From NCBI GenBank assembly GCA_020201525.1, contig JAIVGO010000012.1, positions 1 through 53,882 on the forward strand: DNA of 53,882 bases. The letters are read 5' to 3'. Positions 35,829 through 48,083 of the stretch are shown here, one piece after another. Position 1 is the first letter of the stretch. The number at the start of each line of letters is the position of its first letter. Origin of the DNA: Actinomycetota bacterium (GTDB lineage: Bacteria; Actinomycetota; AC-67). The notes under the pieces were generated by a model. It saw only the letters and a program-made list of their open reading frames with translations, was not told the origin of the DNA and searched no databases. The translations under genes were made by a program, and so were the position numbers.

Positions 35829-35855
35829 TTCCACGCGGGTATCCTGTGATCCTGC
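35829..35855 (-). promoter_or_regulatory. Sigma-H-like promoter of the secreted protein at 35132-35764
   Basis: GCAGGATC-N13-GTGGAA on the minus strand. Confidence 0.6.
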
Positions 35856-35881
35856 CTGAAAGCAATGTTTTTCCTACAACA

Positions 35882-36553
35882 ATGATGAAAAGTCTTTCTA
35901 CCAGGGCTTCGACGCGCCGCTTTCTCGCCGCAGGACTGTTGCTGACGGCGGTTGGCTGTGGATCGTCGCGCCCCGAAGCCGTGCCGGAGGTCTCTGGGTC
36001 GCCGTCCTCAGCGGCCCCGGCGTCGGGAGATGGGACGTCGCGGTCTCCAACGCTATCATCGGCGGCGGTCCCGCTACGATCTGCGCCGCCGGCCGGCACC
36101 GCGACGGCTGCCCCGGCCGAGCCGGACTTCTCCGGAACTGGTTGCTACCCCGACATCCCCACGCCGTTCACGGTGACCGTCACACCCGACGGGAAGTCAT
36201 TTGCCGCGGGGGATGCGATTCCACTCATCGTGACGGTACATGCAACGACTGCGTCACGAGTCGAGCACGCGAACGCGCAGGAGTTTGACTTCGCGCTCGA
36301 GGTTCAGGGCCAGGAAGTGTGGCGCTGGTCGAGTGTGGCGCCGCTGATCACGCCGACGCATTATGACCGCGAGTACGCCGCCGGTGAGACGAGAACTTTT
36401 ACGGCAACCTGGGACGGGCGATATGCGCGGTCGCAGCGCGAAGCGGTCGCAGGGAATTACACACTTCACGGGTACTTCATCGGGAACATGAAGTCGCCGC
36501 CGCCGCAGGGACGATTCATCTGTTTCGACGACGCGCACCTCGTTCTACGCTAG
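35882..36553 (+). CDS. Lipoprotein with BsuPI-like proteinase-inhibitor (Ig-like) domain
   Basis: Lipobox LTAVGC; Pro/Ser/Ala linker; QEFDF.....GQEVWRWS...AGETRTF.ATWD...AGNY. Confidence 0.68.
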   Translation: MMKSLSTRASTRRFLAAGLLLTAVGCGSSRPEAVPEVSGSPSSAAPASGDGTSRSPTLSSAAVPLRSAPPAGTATAAPAEPDFSGTGCYPDIPTPFTVTVTPDGKSFAAGDAIPLIVTVHATTASRVEHANAQEFDFALEVQGQEVWRWSSVAPLITPTHYDREYAAGETRTFTATWDGRYARSQREAVAGNYTLHGYFIGNMKSPPPQGRFICFDDAHLVLR

Positions 36554-36888
36554 GCGTCAAGCTTCTTCGTTCGCACTGCCTTTTGAGGCGCGCCGTTCGA
36601 TTGCGATGCGGACTGAGCAACGACTACTTCACGAACCTCGAGCATCGCAGCCTCCACGCGCCCGAGCCGGTCGCGATCCGCGCGCAAGTCCTGCGACACG
36701 AGCAAGCCGACACCGATGATGCCGAGCAGTAATCCGCCGATGCCTCCGCTGACGAGATAGGAAAGCTGACGTGCAATGTCGGGATTCCCACTCACGCCGA
36801 CCCAGCCGAGCCCGAGGAGCACCACGCCGGCAGCGATAAGTCCCCATCCGGCGATGATGCGCCACGTCTTGATCAAGCGGTCTCTCAT
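36550..36888 (-). CDS. Small two-TM membrane protein with coiled-coil tail (ABC operon accessory)
   Basis: GGAGG RBS; LGWVGVSG...QLSYLVSGGIGGL. Confidence 0.78.
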   Translation of the reverse strand: MRDRLIKTWRIIAGWGLIAAGVVLLGLGWVGVSGNPDIARQLSYLVSGGIGGLLLGIIGVGLLVSQDLRADRDRLGRVEAAMLEVREVVVAQSASQSNGAPQKAVRTKKLDA

Positions 36889-36897
36889 CCTGACCTC

Positions 36898-38391
36898 CTA
36901 AGGCGCCGCGAGCATTCGCAAAGCGAAGCGACCCACAACGATCAATACAAGAAGCAACCAAATTGCTGCGTACACCAGCTTGATGCGTGAGCCGACGGCT
37001 GCCGTCAGCGCGAGCGCACCGTGGCGGACGCGACGCAGCGTCACGACCGGTTGCGGTGCGATCGCCGGGGTCCGCGGCCCTGCGACGCGGGCCCCCGGTG
37101 TGGTGATCGTGTCGTAGATAACACGTTGCGTTGGAGTACGAAAGCCCGCGTCGCCCCCGACAGGCGCTACCGGGGGCAGCACGGTGAATTGCGCGCTCGC
37201 TTGTGTCGTTCCGACAAGTACTCCTATGTCGTAGGACAGGTTTGGGTAGACGCAGGGGACTACGGGCGGAACCGGTTCGTCAACCGTAACCGATTCCGGC
37301 ATAGGGACGAAGGGAATGACGCCGTACAACGGGTTTGGATAGTCGCCCTTGACTCTGTAAATCTCCGGCATCTGGTTGAACGGCGGGCCGGAAAACGTTG
37401 TACACATAGTGTCGTTCGCCGTTACGAGTTGATCGGGAAGGCTGTCGCGCGACATGCGGACGACGAGGCCACCCGACTCCGCAACGCGAGCGGGTCCGTC
37501 GTCATATGTGCGGCCTTGCGTCAAGCGAATGTCGAATCCTTGTGCTGCCAACTGTGCCGTCACATCTTGCGTTCCTGAATCGAGCAAGACGTGGACACCC
37601 TTGTCGTCGATGACGGTGTTCTGCCCGCCGTAGGTGACGTCGGTAAGCGACAAGAGGCTACGGGCATCCTTCCCAGTTGGTCCGGCCGTCGCGACGGCGG
37701 TGGCCGTCAACGTGCCGATGCGTAAGAGCGATCCGATCTGTAACCCGCTGATGATTTCGGTTGCCGTCGAAACCTCGATGCCGGAAACCGCCGTGGTCGA
37801 CGAGATGCTTTGAACGTGATCGGCGACGACGTCCGGTGCGAGCACAGCGCGGTCCAGCTTCGCCCAGCCGTTGGACACCAAGCTGTCGCTGAATCCGTGG
37901 GAGGCGAGTTGCTTCGACGATTTGTCGTCGATCATGCTCTGCACATATGCGCTGCATTGCTCGAGGACCGTCGCATTAGGCGATGGTCCTTGAGGTCCAA
38001 AGAGGAACTCGCACGCATTGTTCAAGTTGCTGCGACCGTAGTCGGACGTACCCGCGTCGGCGCTGCGTGGAAGCCCGGGGTACTGCGTCTCGACGATCCC
38101 AAGCGCGGAGCGCTCCGGTTTTCCGAAGCCGTAGAAATCCATGAACGCGTCGAGCAAAAACCCAGGCCACGTTCCGCCGGAAAGGTCATAACTCGACAGG
38201 TTGTCGTTGCGGGACAATGAATAGACCGGGTAGACGTCGAAGTTCGGGTTTAGGTAGAGCAGATCTTGCGCCGCCACGGCGAGTGCCTTGCCGTTGATGA
38301 TTGCATTCGGGGCGTCCGCTGCCCCTGCCGGAACGGCCGTCATCGTCACCATCAGGGCGGCTGTGAATAATGCGTGCGCGAATCTCTTCAC
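36898..38391 (-). CDS. Exported protein with C-terminal TM anchor (ABC operon accessory)
   Basis: Signal ending AGA, beta-rich body, Pro-rich linker, C-terminal TM; GTGA overlap with the ATPase gene. Confidence 0.75.
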   Translation of the reverse strand: MKRFAHALFTAALMVTMTAVPAGAADAPNAIINGKALAVAAQDLLYLNPNFDVYPVYSLSRNDNLSSYDLSGGTWPGFLLDAFMDFYGFGKPERSALGIVETQYPGLPRSADAGTSDYGRSNLNNACEFLFGPQGPSPNATVLEQCSAYVQSMIDDKSSKQLASHGFSDSLVSNGWAKLDRAVLAPDVVADHVQSISSTTAVSGIEVSTATEIISGLQIGSLLRIGTLTATAVATAGPTGKDARSLLSLTDVTYGGQNTVIDDKGVHVLLDSGTQDVTAQLAAQGFDIRLTQGRTYDDGPARVAESGGLVVRMSRDSLPDQLVTANDTMCTTFSGPPFNQMPEIYRVKGDYPNPLYGVIPFVPMPESVTVDEPVPPVVPCVYPNLSYDIGVLVGTTQASAQFTVLPPVAPVGGDAGFRTPTQRVIYDTITTPGARVAGPRTPAIAPQPVVTLRRVRHGALALTAAVGSRIKLVYAAIWLLLVLIVVGRFALRMLAAP

Positions 38392-39098
38392 AGCAGGCTC
38401 CCCAAATACGCATCGGCCAAACGGCCGTGCTCGAGGTCGGCGGATGCGCCTGCGAGCGTCACCCGACCGCGCTCGAGTACGTAGGCACGCTGGGCGCGCG
38501 AGAGCACTGCAGCCACGTGCTGTTCGACGACGAGGACGGCAAGACCTTGTTCACGCAAGTGGTCGAGCAACTCGAACACGTGCTCGACAATCGCCGGCGC
38601 GAGACCGTGCGAGGGCTCATCGAGCATCAAGAACGAAGGCTTGCCGACGAGTGCGCGCGCAATTGCAAGCATCTGTTGCTCGCCGCCGGACATCGTTCCG
38701 GCGGGCTGATTCATTCGCGGGCCGAGTTGTGGAAAGAGCTCGAGGGCACTTTCGATATCGGCGTCGAGATTGGAAATGCGCTTGCGACGTACATACGCAC
38801 CCATCTTCAGATTCTGGGCAACAGTCAAGCGTGGAAAGACGCCGCGTCCTTCGGGAATGTGTGCGAGCCCCACCTTGGATATGCGTTCTGCCGCCATTCC
38901 CGTGAGCAGGGTATCGTCCCAGCGTACGGCGCCCGAGTCGGCGGACACGAGGCCCGAAATCGCGCGAAGGGTCGTCGTCTTTCCGGCGCCGTTCGCACCG
39001 ATGAGCGCGACCATTTCGCCGCGCGCCACGGTCAGCGAGACGTCGCGCAACGCTTGAATGTGTCCGTACGACACGCTCAGATTGTCAACGACGAGCAC
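38388..39098 (-). CDS. livF: Branched-chain amino acid-type ABC ATPase (LivF-like)
   Basis: GANGAGKTT, MSGGEQQMLA, LDEPS, VEQ; GTG with GGAGG RBS. Confidence 0.9.
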   Translation of the reverse strand: MLVVDNLSVSYGHIQALRDVSLTVARGEMVALIGANGAGKTTTLRAISGLVSADSGAVRWDDTLLTGMAAERISKVGLAHIPEGRGVFPRLTVAQNLKMGAYVRRKRISNLDADIESALELFPQLGPRMNQPAGTMSGGEQQMLAIARALVGKPSFLMLDEPSHGLAPAIVEHVFELLDHLREQGLAVLVVEQHVAAVLSRAQRAYVLERGRVTLAGASADLEHGRLADAYLGSLL

Positions 39099-40908
39099 CG
39101 GCGAACCTCCTTTGTGCCGGGGGGCGCGCTGCTCCGAGGTACTTTTCAATCACGACGGGGTCGCGCCGTACCTCTGCTGCCGAACCGGCAGCAATGATCC
39201 GCCCGAAGTCGAGTGCGTACACGTAATCCGATGCTGCGCCGACGACACCCATGTCGTGCTCGACGAGGAGGATTGTCAGACCGTATGCGGCCCGAAGTCT
39301 CCCGATCAGGTCCGTAAATCGCTCGGTTTCGGCTCGATCGAGACCGGCGCTCGGCTCATCGAGGAGAAGCAAAGCCGGGTTGTGTGCAAGTGCCATTCCC
39401 GCCTCGAGCAGTCTCATGGCGCCCAGCGGTAGATCACCCGGATGTTCACCGGCAAGGTCGGCGAGGCCGAGGGTGTCGAGGACATCGAGCGCATGCGCGC
39501 GGATGTGCTTTTCGCTCCGCGCGGCTTGTGGAAGCGCGATCGCCTCGGCGATTGATCCGGCGGTGCGCGCGAGATGAGCACCGATCATCACGTTTTCGAG
39601 AATCGTGAGGTTTCGAAAGACCTCGACGCTTTGGAACGTTCTCCCCAAACCCAACGCGGTTCGCCGATGTGCCGGCATCTCTGTGACGTCACGACCCCCG
39701 ATGTAGATGCGGCCTGCGTTTGGTCGCACGAGGCCCGTGACCGCGTTGAACAGTGTGCTTTTACCCGCGCCGTTCGGACCGATAAGAGCGCAGATCTCGC
39801 CCTCGGGGATGAACAGCGAGATGCCGTCGAGTGCCGTCACTCCGCCGAATCGAACGTGAACGTCGTCGATGCGCAGAATCGTCGGTTTCGCCGACCTTTC
39901 GAGGGAAGTCGCATAGGTTCGCCGCTCAGACTTTGCGACGGGAATCGCGTGATCGCGGCGCTCGGCGCCGGCGCCGGGCTCCTTGCGTCGCCGGAAGATT
40001 CCCGCGATGCCGTTGGGATAGCGCCACAGCGCGATGATCATGCCCGTCCCAAACGCGAGGAAGAGCCGCTCGCCGGACAACAGCACCGATAGCGGACCTG
40101 ATCTCCCAAGCTCCGGCAACCCCGCCGCAAGGACTCCGGCGATGACGGCGCCGGTCGGCGAAGCAACGCCTCCGATCACGGTGGCGGCCAAAATTGTGAA
40201 GGACAAATCAAGGTTGAACGAGTCCGGCGTAATGCCGGCCTTCAGCGAAGCGAAGAGAGCGCCCGCGATTGCGGCGGCGACCATCGACAATGCGAATGCG
40301 CCGATGCGGTATGCGAGGACCGGGACGCCGAGTACTTCCGCGGCGACCTCGCGCTCGCGAATCGCGCGCAGGGTGCGGCCCGTCGCATTGCGCCCGGCGT
40401 GAACAACGATGGCAAACAGGATGCCGGCCAGTACGAGCGTGAATACGTAAAAAAGGCGGTCGCCGCTCAATTCAAGGCCGGCGATGGAAGGCCGGCCGAA
40501 TGACACGTATGAGCTCGAGAAGGAGTTCGGCGATAGGGCCTTGGCAATGTTTCGAAATGCGAGTCGTTCGAAGATGAGGCCGACCGCGAGCGTAGCAACG
40601 GCGAGCTCGAGACCACGAAACCGCACGGCCGCTGCGGCGACCACAACTGCCAGGGGGATCGTAACCACGGCCACAAGCGGCACTGCGAATGCAACCGGTG
40701 CACCTGCGCGCTCGAGGGCAAAAGCTGCATACGCGCCGATGCCCAGTCCAAGTGCAGCGATATGCAGATTCAACTGCCCGCTCCAGCCGGTGAGCACCAC
40801 GAGCGAAAGGGCGAGCAACGCATACACAGCAGCCAGAGAGAATACGAACGACTGGTATCGACCGAGCAACGGCAAGAGCAACAATCCCACCACGAAGACC
40901 CGTTTCAC
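39085..40908 (-). CDS. ABC permease-ATPase fusion (LivM-LivG-like)
   Basis: TGWSGQ, RFRGLELAVATL, GRTLRAIRE TM region; GPNGAGKST, RTFQ, LLDEPSAGL, VEHDM. Confidence 0.92.
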   Translation of the reverse strand: MKRVFVVGLLLLPLLGRYQSFVFSLAAVYALLALSLVVLTGWSGQLNLHIAALGLGIGAYAAFALERAGAPVAFAVPLVAVVTIPLAVVVAAAAVRFRGLELAVATLAVGLIFERLAFRNIAKALSPNSFSSSYVSFGRPSIAGLELSGDRLFYVFTLVLAGILFAIVVHAGRNATGRTLRAIREREVAAEVLGVPVLAYRIGAFALSMVAAAIAGALFASLKAGITPDSFNLDLSFTILAATVIGGVASPTGAVIAGVLAAGLPELGRSGPLSVLLSGERLFLAFGTGMIIALWRYPNGIAGIFRRRKEPGAGAERRDHAIPVAKSERRTYATSLERSAKPTILRIDDVHVRFGGVTALDGISLFIPEGEICALIGPNGAGKSTLFNAVTGLVRPNAGRIYIGGRDVTEMPAHRRTALGLGRTFQSVEVFRNLTILENVMIGAHLARTAGSIAEAIALPQAARSEKHIRAHALDVLDTLGLADLAGEHPGDLPLGAMRLLEAGMALAHNPALLLLDEPSAGLDRAETERFTDLIGRLRAAYGLTILLVEHDMGVVGAASDYVYALDFGRIIAAGSAAEVRRDPVVIEKYLGAARPPAQRRFAGARR

Positions 40909-41792
40909 AGCGCCGTCTCCCTCGCCAGAGAGTCGAGTAAGGAGGTCGCGTGGCCGCGTCGCAAAAGCAATACGGCGAAGACGGCAATGAAACCAAAGGC
41001 TTCCGAAAATCCGGAGGTCGTGATGTAGCCGGTCGTAACGCTCTGCACGATACCAATCAGAAGCGCGCCACCGAGAGCCAGCGGCACGCTGTCGAATCCT
41101 CCCAGCAGCGCCGCGCCGAACGCGGTCACCATGAGAAGTGTCATTTGGAACGGATTGAGGACGAGGAGTGGTGTGATGAGGATGCCGGCGAGCGCGCCGA
41201 GCACCGCGCCGATGCTCCATGCGGTGGCGGCCACACGTGCGGGATTGACGCCGAGTAGGCGCGCAGTCGAAGGATCATCAGCCATGGCCGACAAAGCCAG
41301 CCCCGCAAATGATCGGCGGAACCAGAACGTGAGCCCAGAGGTTGCAAGAATCGCGACGACTGCAATGAGTACTTGCTGCGCACCGATGACAAACGATCCG
41401 ATGGTGATGCGCGAATCCAGCAGAGGTTTGATGAACTCCTCGTTCCCCCCCCACCGCGTGCGCATGATCATCTGCAAAACCAAGACGAGCGCGAGCGTTG
41501 CAACCGTTCTCGTCAGAGGATCGGTGCGACGCAGCGGCAGCATGGCGAGTGCCCACGCTCCGATGCCGATGAGGGCCGCGGCGGCTATGGCAAAAACGAA
41601 AGCGAGAGCGACCGGCCACTGCCAGCGGGTAAACATTTGGAAGAACGCATAGGTCGACAGGCTTGCGATGGATCCTTGAGCAAAGCTGAGTACGCGCGTT
41701 GAGCGAAAGATGACGACCACACTCAGGGCGAGCAATCCGATCACAAATCCGTTTGCGATGCCGTTGGCGGCGTACTGCAGGAAGAGCGTCAC
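40905..41792 (-). CDS. livH: ABC permease (LivH-like)
   Basis: NGIANG, FRSTRVLSFAQG, AMADDP.TARLLGVN, AALLGGF. Confidence 0.88.
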   Translation of the reverse strand: MTLFLQYAANGIANGFVIGLLALSVVVIFRSTRVLSFAQGSIASLSTYAFFQMFTRWQWPVALAFVFAIAAAALIGIGAWALAMLPLRRTDPLTRTVATLALVLVLQMIMRTRWGGNEEFIKPLLDSRITIGSFVIGAQQVLIAVVAILATSGLTFWFRRSFAGLALSAMADDPSTARLLGVNPARVAATAWSIGAVLGALAGILITPLLVLNPFQMTLLMVTAFGAALLGGFDSVPLALGGALLIGIVQSVTTGYITTSGFSEAFGFIAVFAVLLLRRGHATSLLDSLARETAL

Positions 41793-43174
41793 GCGCACGG
41801 CCTCCCCGGGCACGGCCATGTCTCCGACTGGTAGGCGTCGAGAGGGCCGGCAACCTTCACCCAATGGCCGTTTTGCGCCTTGACGATCCACACCCAGTGG
41901 TTTCCGCCGCTCTGGGACATCGGCGGTGTGAGGTTCACGTCTTTGCAGAGGCCGTGGCAGTCGTAGGAGACGTGACCGGCGGCTGCTTCGAGAAGCGTCT
42001 GGCGGTTGAGTTCTTTGCCCGACCGCAGAACGTCGCCGACGAGATCCGTGAACATCCGCGCGCTCGCGAACGCCAGGGTGTTCCAATAACCGAAGCTTAC
42101 GTCCGGGTAATACGTCCTCATGATCGACTTCATCTCGTTCACAGGCGGAATCTTTTCCGTATCGGGCACAACGGCAGAGTTGGCCATCGTGCCGTTGGCA
42201 AACGGCCCGGACTGTTTAAGGGTCAGGTCGAGCACGATGCCGTGCTGGCCGAGAAATCCGACCCGTGGCTTGTAACCGATCTCACGGCAGAACGTGAAAA
42301 GCTTGATCGCCGACGCGGGATCGGTAACGATCCAGACCGTATCGACCTTTTCGTTCTGCATACTTCGGCAAATCGTTCCGTACTCCGTCGTTTGGTAATT
42401 GACGCGCTGATCTTTCACGATCGTGCAGCCGAGCTTCGGGCAGAGGTATTTCTTCGCGACGGTGATGTATGTGCCGGCCGGCCCCACGTCGAGCGTTACG
42501 GCGCCGATCTTCTTCGGAGCGATGCCGGTTTCCTTTTCGATCTGTCGATACCAGTACGGGACCAGTGCGTGCGCCATCGGCTCGATTGCTGCGCCGACGG
42601 TAACGACGGTCGACTTCGAAAAGCCGGGCTTGTTGATTCCGTCCCAACCGATCCACGGAACGCCCTCGGAATCGAGCTGCGACACGACGGTCTCCGAGAA
42701 CGGTGTGAACGACGGTCCCATCGCGAAGATGCCTTCCTCTTCGACGAGACGCTTCGCGCAGACGGTCGATTGCGTGTCGTCTGCGCGGTCGTCGCACGGA
42801 ATGAACTTTATTTTCTTGCCTTCGATACCGCCGTGGTCGTTCACATATCGAAACCACGCTTGGGCTCCCTGGGCGGCGGGTGTGCCGATGGAAGACAGCC
42901 CACCCGATAGGGGAAAGAGCCCGCCGATGGTGATCGTGCCGCCGGTGACCTTGAAGCCGCGGTCGGATCTGCTGCCGATCAACCGCCGAACGAGTTGGGT
43001 CTTGGTGGTGGAGGTCGTGCTTGCGGAGGGTACCGTGGACGGCGTACCACCCAGCACGGAAACGGTTTCGAACGTGTCCGGCTGCGCCTGTGGGGATTGG
43101 AAGCGGGGGCCGCAGGCCGCGGCACTCAGCATCAGCGCCGCAGAAATGGCGAAAAAGCGGACTCGTTTTGTCAC
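41789..43174 (-). CDS. ABC substrate-binding lipoprotein (LivJ/K-like, PBP type 1)
   Basis: Lipobox SAAAC; ITIGGLFPLSG, VNDHGGIEGKKI...CDD; start uncertain (43174 or 43222). Confidence 0.88.
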   Translation of the reverse strand: MTKRVRFFAISAALMLSAAACGPRFQSPQAQPDTFETVSVLGGTPSTVPSASTTSTTKTQLVRRLIGSRSDRGFKVTGGTITIGGLFPLSGGLSSIGTPAAQGAQAWFRYVNDHGGIEGKKIKFIPCDDRADDTQSTVCAKRLVEEEGIFAMGPSFTPFSETVVSQLDSEGVPWIGWDGINKPGFSKSTVVTVGAAIEPMAHALVPYWYRQIEKETGIAPKKIGAVTLDVGPAGTYITVAKKYLCPKLGCTIVKDQRVNYQTTEYGTICRSMQNEKVDTVWIVTDPASAIKLFTFCREIGYKPRVGFLGQHGIVLDLTLKQSGPFANGTMANSAVVPDTEKIPPVNEMKSIMRTYYPDVSFGYWNTLAFASARMFTDLVGDVLRSGKELNRQTLLEAAAGHVSYDCHGLCKDVNLTPPMSQSGGNHWVWIVKAQNGHWVKVAGPLDAYQSETWPCPGRPCA

Positions 43175-43309
43175 TGCGGAACGTCCCCCAAAAAGCACAA
43201 ACTTCCACGGACCGGTTTTCACTATGGTAATAGGGAATTCTTGGATCTGCCACCGTCATAGGCACGCCGGGGTGGATTTGCCGGATCAACTGCTTCGAGC
43301 CGGTCGAGG

Positions 43310-43335
43310 GGAATAGGAGTCGGTCCTGCGGCGTT
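43310..43335 (+). promoter_or_regulatory. SigR/mycobacterial SigH-type thiol-stress promoter of lon
   Basis: GGAAT-N18-GTT exact consensus, 42 nt upstream of the lon ATG. Confidence 0.65.
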
Positions 43336-43377
43336 TGGTTGATTGCGCAACTTTCTATCGACCGGAGCGAGGAAGAG

Positions 43378-45693
<2,316 letters not shown>

Positions 45694-45700
45694 CGCAAAC

Positions 45701-45736
45701 GCGCGGGCGTCCGGCCTCCCCCTCCGGGCGCCTGCG
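45701..45736 (+). terminator. GC-rich hairpin after lon
   Basis: CGCGGGCGTCCGG...CCGGGCGCCTGCG (with G-U pairs), no U-tract. Confidence 0.4.
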
Positions 45737-45791
45737 ACGCATTGCGGACCACGACGCCGCCGGGGCATTGTTCTTACTCGTGTGCGTATGT

Positions 45792-45837
45792 GTGCACCGA
45801 TGCTCAAATCTGCACGCCCGTGCATCTGTGCGCCGTT
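45792..45837 (+). repeat. Intergenic REP-like element, copy 1
   Basis: 35/46 identical to the reverse complement of 52167-52212. Confidence 0.55.
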
Positions 45838-45947
45838 TCCCGTGCGAAGGAGAATGGCGTGTCCAAGAACCGTTCGGAGGCGCCGGCGCTTTGACGGCGG
45901 CGATTATCTCGACCTACGGTCTCGGACGGCGCAAATGGAGGTGTCGC

Positions 45948-46619
45948 ATGGGTGAGATGGTTTCGTTCGCGAGCAACGGCGGAACGACGGAAGGGTATCG
46001 CGCGGTTCCACCATCGGGAACCGGGCCGGGCGTGATCGTCGTTCAGGAGTGGTGGGGCCTCAACGACCAAATCAAGTCCACGGCCGATCGATTCGCGAGC
46101 GAGGGCTTCACGGCGCTCGCGCCGGACTTCTACCACGGCGAGGTCACGAAGGAGCCCGACGAGGCCGGCAAGCTGATGATGGCGCTCAACATTGATCAAG
46201 TCGCAAAGGACGCGCGCGGCGCCGCCAAATACTTGAAGGCGGAAACCGGCGGTAAAGTCGGCGTGATCGGATTCTGCATGGGCGGCCAGCTCGCGCTCCT
46301 CGCCGGCACCGTCGCTCCGCAGGAAATCGGCGCCGTGGTCGACCTGTACGGTATCCACCCCAGCATCAAGCCCGATTACTCGAAGATGACCGCTCCGGTG
46401 CTGGCCCTTTTTGCCGAGCTCGACGAGATGACGAACGCAGAGGCCCGCGCCGGGCTTGCCGACCAGCTGAAGAAGGCCGGTGTGCGATTCGATATGCACG
46501 TGTATTCCGACTGCGATCACGCGTTCATGAACGAAACGCGGCCCGAAGTGCACCATCCAGAGCACGCCGAAGACGTCTGGAAAAGAGTCGTGCCGTTCTT
46601 CCACGAAAACTTGCGCTGA
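45948..46619 (+). CDS. Dienelactone hydrolase family protein
   Basis: QEWWG, APD, GFCMGG nucleophile, HAFMN; GGAGG RBS. Confidence 0.93.
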   Translation: MGEMVSFASNGGTTEGYRAVPPSGTGPGVIVVQEWWGLNDQIKSTADRFASEGFTALAPDFYHGEVTKEPDEAGKLMMALNIDQVAKDARGAAKYLKAETGGKVGVIGFCMGGQLALLAGTVAPQEIGAVVDLYGIHPSIKPDYSKMTAPVLALFAELDEMTNAEARAGLADQLKKAGVRFDMHVYSDCDHAFMNETRPEVHHPEHAEDVWKRVVPFFHENLR

Positions 46620-46620
46620 C

Positions 46621-47454
46621 CTACTTGATGAGCCGCGACATGCGGCGGTCGGCAAGGACGCGGCCGCCGGTCTGACACGTCGGGCAGTACGTCACTTCGT
46701 GAGACTCGTACGACACGCGCCGCAAGTCGGCGCCGCAGCGAGGACAGGGGTACCCGTACAAGCCGTGCACGGTGAAGTGATCACCGATCTTTGTCGGGAG
46801 CCCGCCTTTGCGTTTGCGTTCGATGTCGAGTGCCTCGGTGAGCACGGTATGGATCGACGCGAGGAGCATCTCGCGCTCGTTGCGTGACAAGCTTTCCAAC
46901 GACGCGTACGGCGACAGTTGCGCGTGATGCAGGATGTCGTCGGAGTACCCGCGCCCGATCCCGGCGACCGTTCGCTGATCGCGCAGGATCGTATGCACGC
47001 GGCGGCGATCGGTGCTTTCGTGGATAAGCGACGCGAATTCTTCGGAAAACGGCTCCGGGCCGAGTCTTTCCAAGGGCCCGTCGTCACCCGGCGCCAGCAC
47101 CCACCAGCCTGCTTTTCGTTCGGTGCCGAACTCTTTGATGAGCACCGACGGCGCTTCTGTGAAAAGAAGACGCACGACGGCGAACTTCGGGCGCGTGATT
47201 TTCGGGGGCGACTCGACGTCGACGCGGCCGCCTTGCGACAAGTGAACGAGTATTCGAGGGCCGCCGAGCTCGAAGACGAGATATTTCCCCCGGCGCGTGA
47301 CTGCTTGCAGCGCCGTTCCGTACAGTGACTCCGGTTGCGGCGTCACCGTCTTCAGACCCGAAAACTGAATCGGCATCGCCCGCGCCAGAGCGAATCCACC
47401 GACGGCGTCGGTCAGGCGTTCGGCCAGCGCTTGTACTTCGGGAAGCTCCGGCAC
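46621..47454 (-). CDS. Fpg/Nei family DNA glycosylase
   Basis: N-terminal PELPEV, RRGKY, H2TH AGIG..YSDDIL, zinc finger CPRC...YCPTCQ. Confidence 0.93.
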   Translation of the reverse strand: MPELPEVQALAERLTDAVGGFALARAMPIQFSGLKTVTPQPESLYGTALQAVTRRGKYLVFELGGPRILVHLSQGGRVDVESPPKITRPKFAVVRLLFTEAPSVLIKEFGTERKAGWWVLAPGDDGPLERLGPEPFSEEFASLIHESTDRRRVHTILRDQRTVAGIGRGYSDDILHHAQLSPYASLESLSRNEREMLLASIHTVLTEALDIERKRKGGLPTKIGDHFTVHGLYGYPCPRCGADLRRVSYESHEVTYCPTCQTGGRVLADRRMSRLIK

Positions 47455-47945
47455 TACCAGCCTTCTGTGCCGGGCTCACCTTTGAACGGTCCGACGATGT
47501 CGTCGGTGACCCATCCGCCGTAATACTTTCCCGCCTGCGGCCGGACGGCTTCCCCGTCGAGCGTGCACTCGTCGACGCGACCGGGATAGAACGCGATCGC
47601 ATCTTTGATCTCGCGAAAGGCCGGCGTCGGATCGTCGTACGTCCAGGCGGCGCGATGTGACGAGCGATCGCCGGCGACGATGTCGAAGTAGCTCGCGTCG
47701 CCTTTCCACTCACAAAACGTTGTGCGATCGACCGGCGTCAGACGCTCCATGCGAACGTCGTCGCGTGGGATGTAATACGTCGGCGGGCTGCTGGTTTCGA
47801 GGACACGGAACGCGCGCGTCGAGGAAGCGATCGTTTCTCCGTTGAAGCGAACGACGACGTGCTTCCGGCTGCGCTCGAGGCGTGGCGGCCGCGGGTAATC
47901 CCAGACGGATTCCTGCCCGGGACCCGGCTCGATCTTCGTGACCAT
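47454..47945 (-). CDS. DUF427 protein
   Basis: [44 protein letters not shown]. Confidence 0.92.
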   Translation of the reverse strand: MVTKIEPGPGQESVWDYPRPPRLERSRKHVVVRFNGETIASSTRAFRVLETSSPPTYYIPRDDVRMERLTPVDRTTFCEWKGDASYFDIVAGDRSSHRAAWTYDDPTPAFREIKDAIAFYPGRVDECTLDGEAVRPQAGKYYGGWVTDDIVGPFKGEPGTEGW

Positions 47946-48083
47946 GCCGCTATTGTCGCAACTTCAAGTGAGGATTGCCGAGGAAGTTATCTGTTGCCGA
48001 GCGAGCACGTATGCCACGCGCTTTCGGTGAACGCCTCGATAATGGGGAAGAATCTGAATGCTCGTACCGTTTAACCCAAGCAG

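Noticed and set aside
34949-35881. N-terminal 311 aa of the 534-aa ORF
   Set aside because: It spans a terminator and an opposite-strand gene; the lipoprotein signal starts at 35882
43336-43362. HspR HAIR operator upstream of lon
   Set aside because: TTGATT...TTTCTA is too far from CTTGAGT-N7-ACTCAAG
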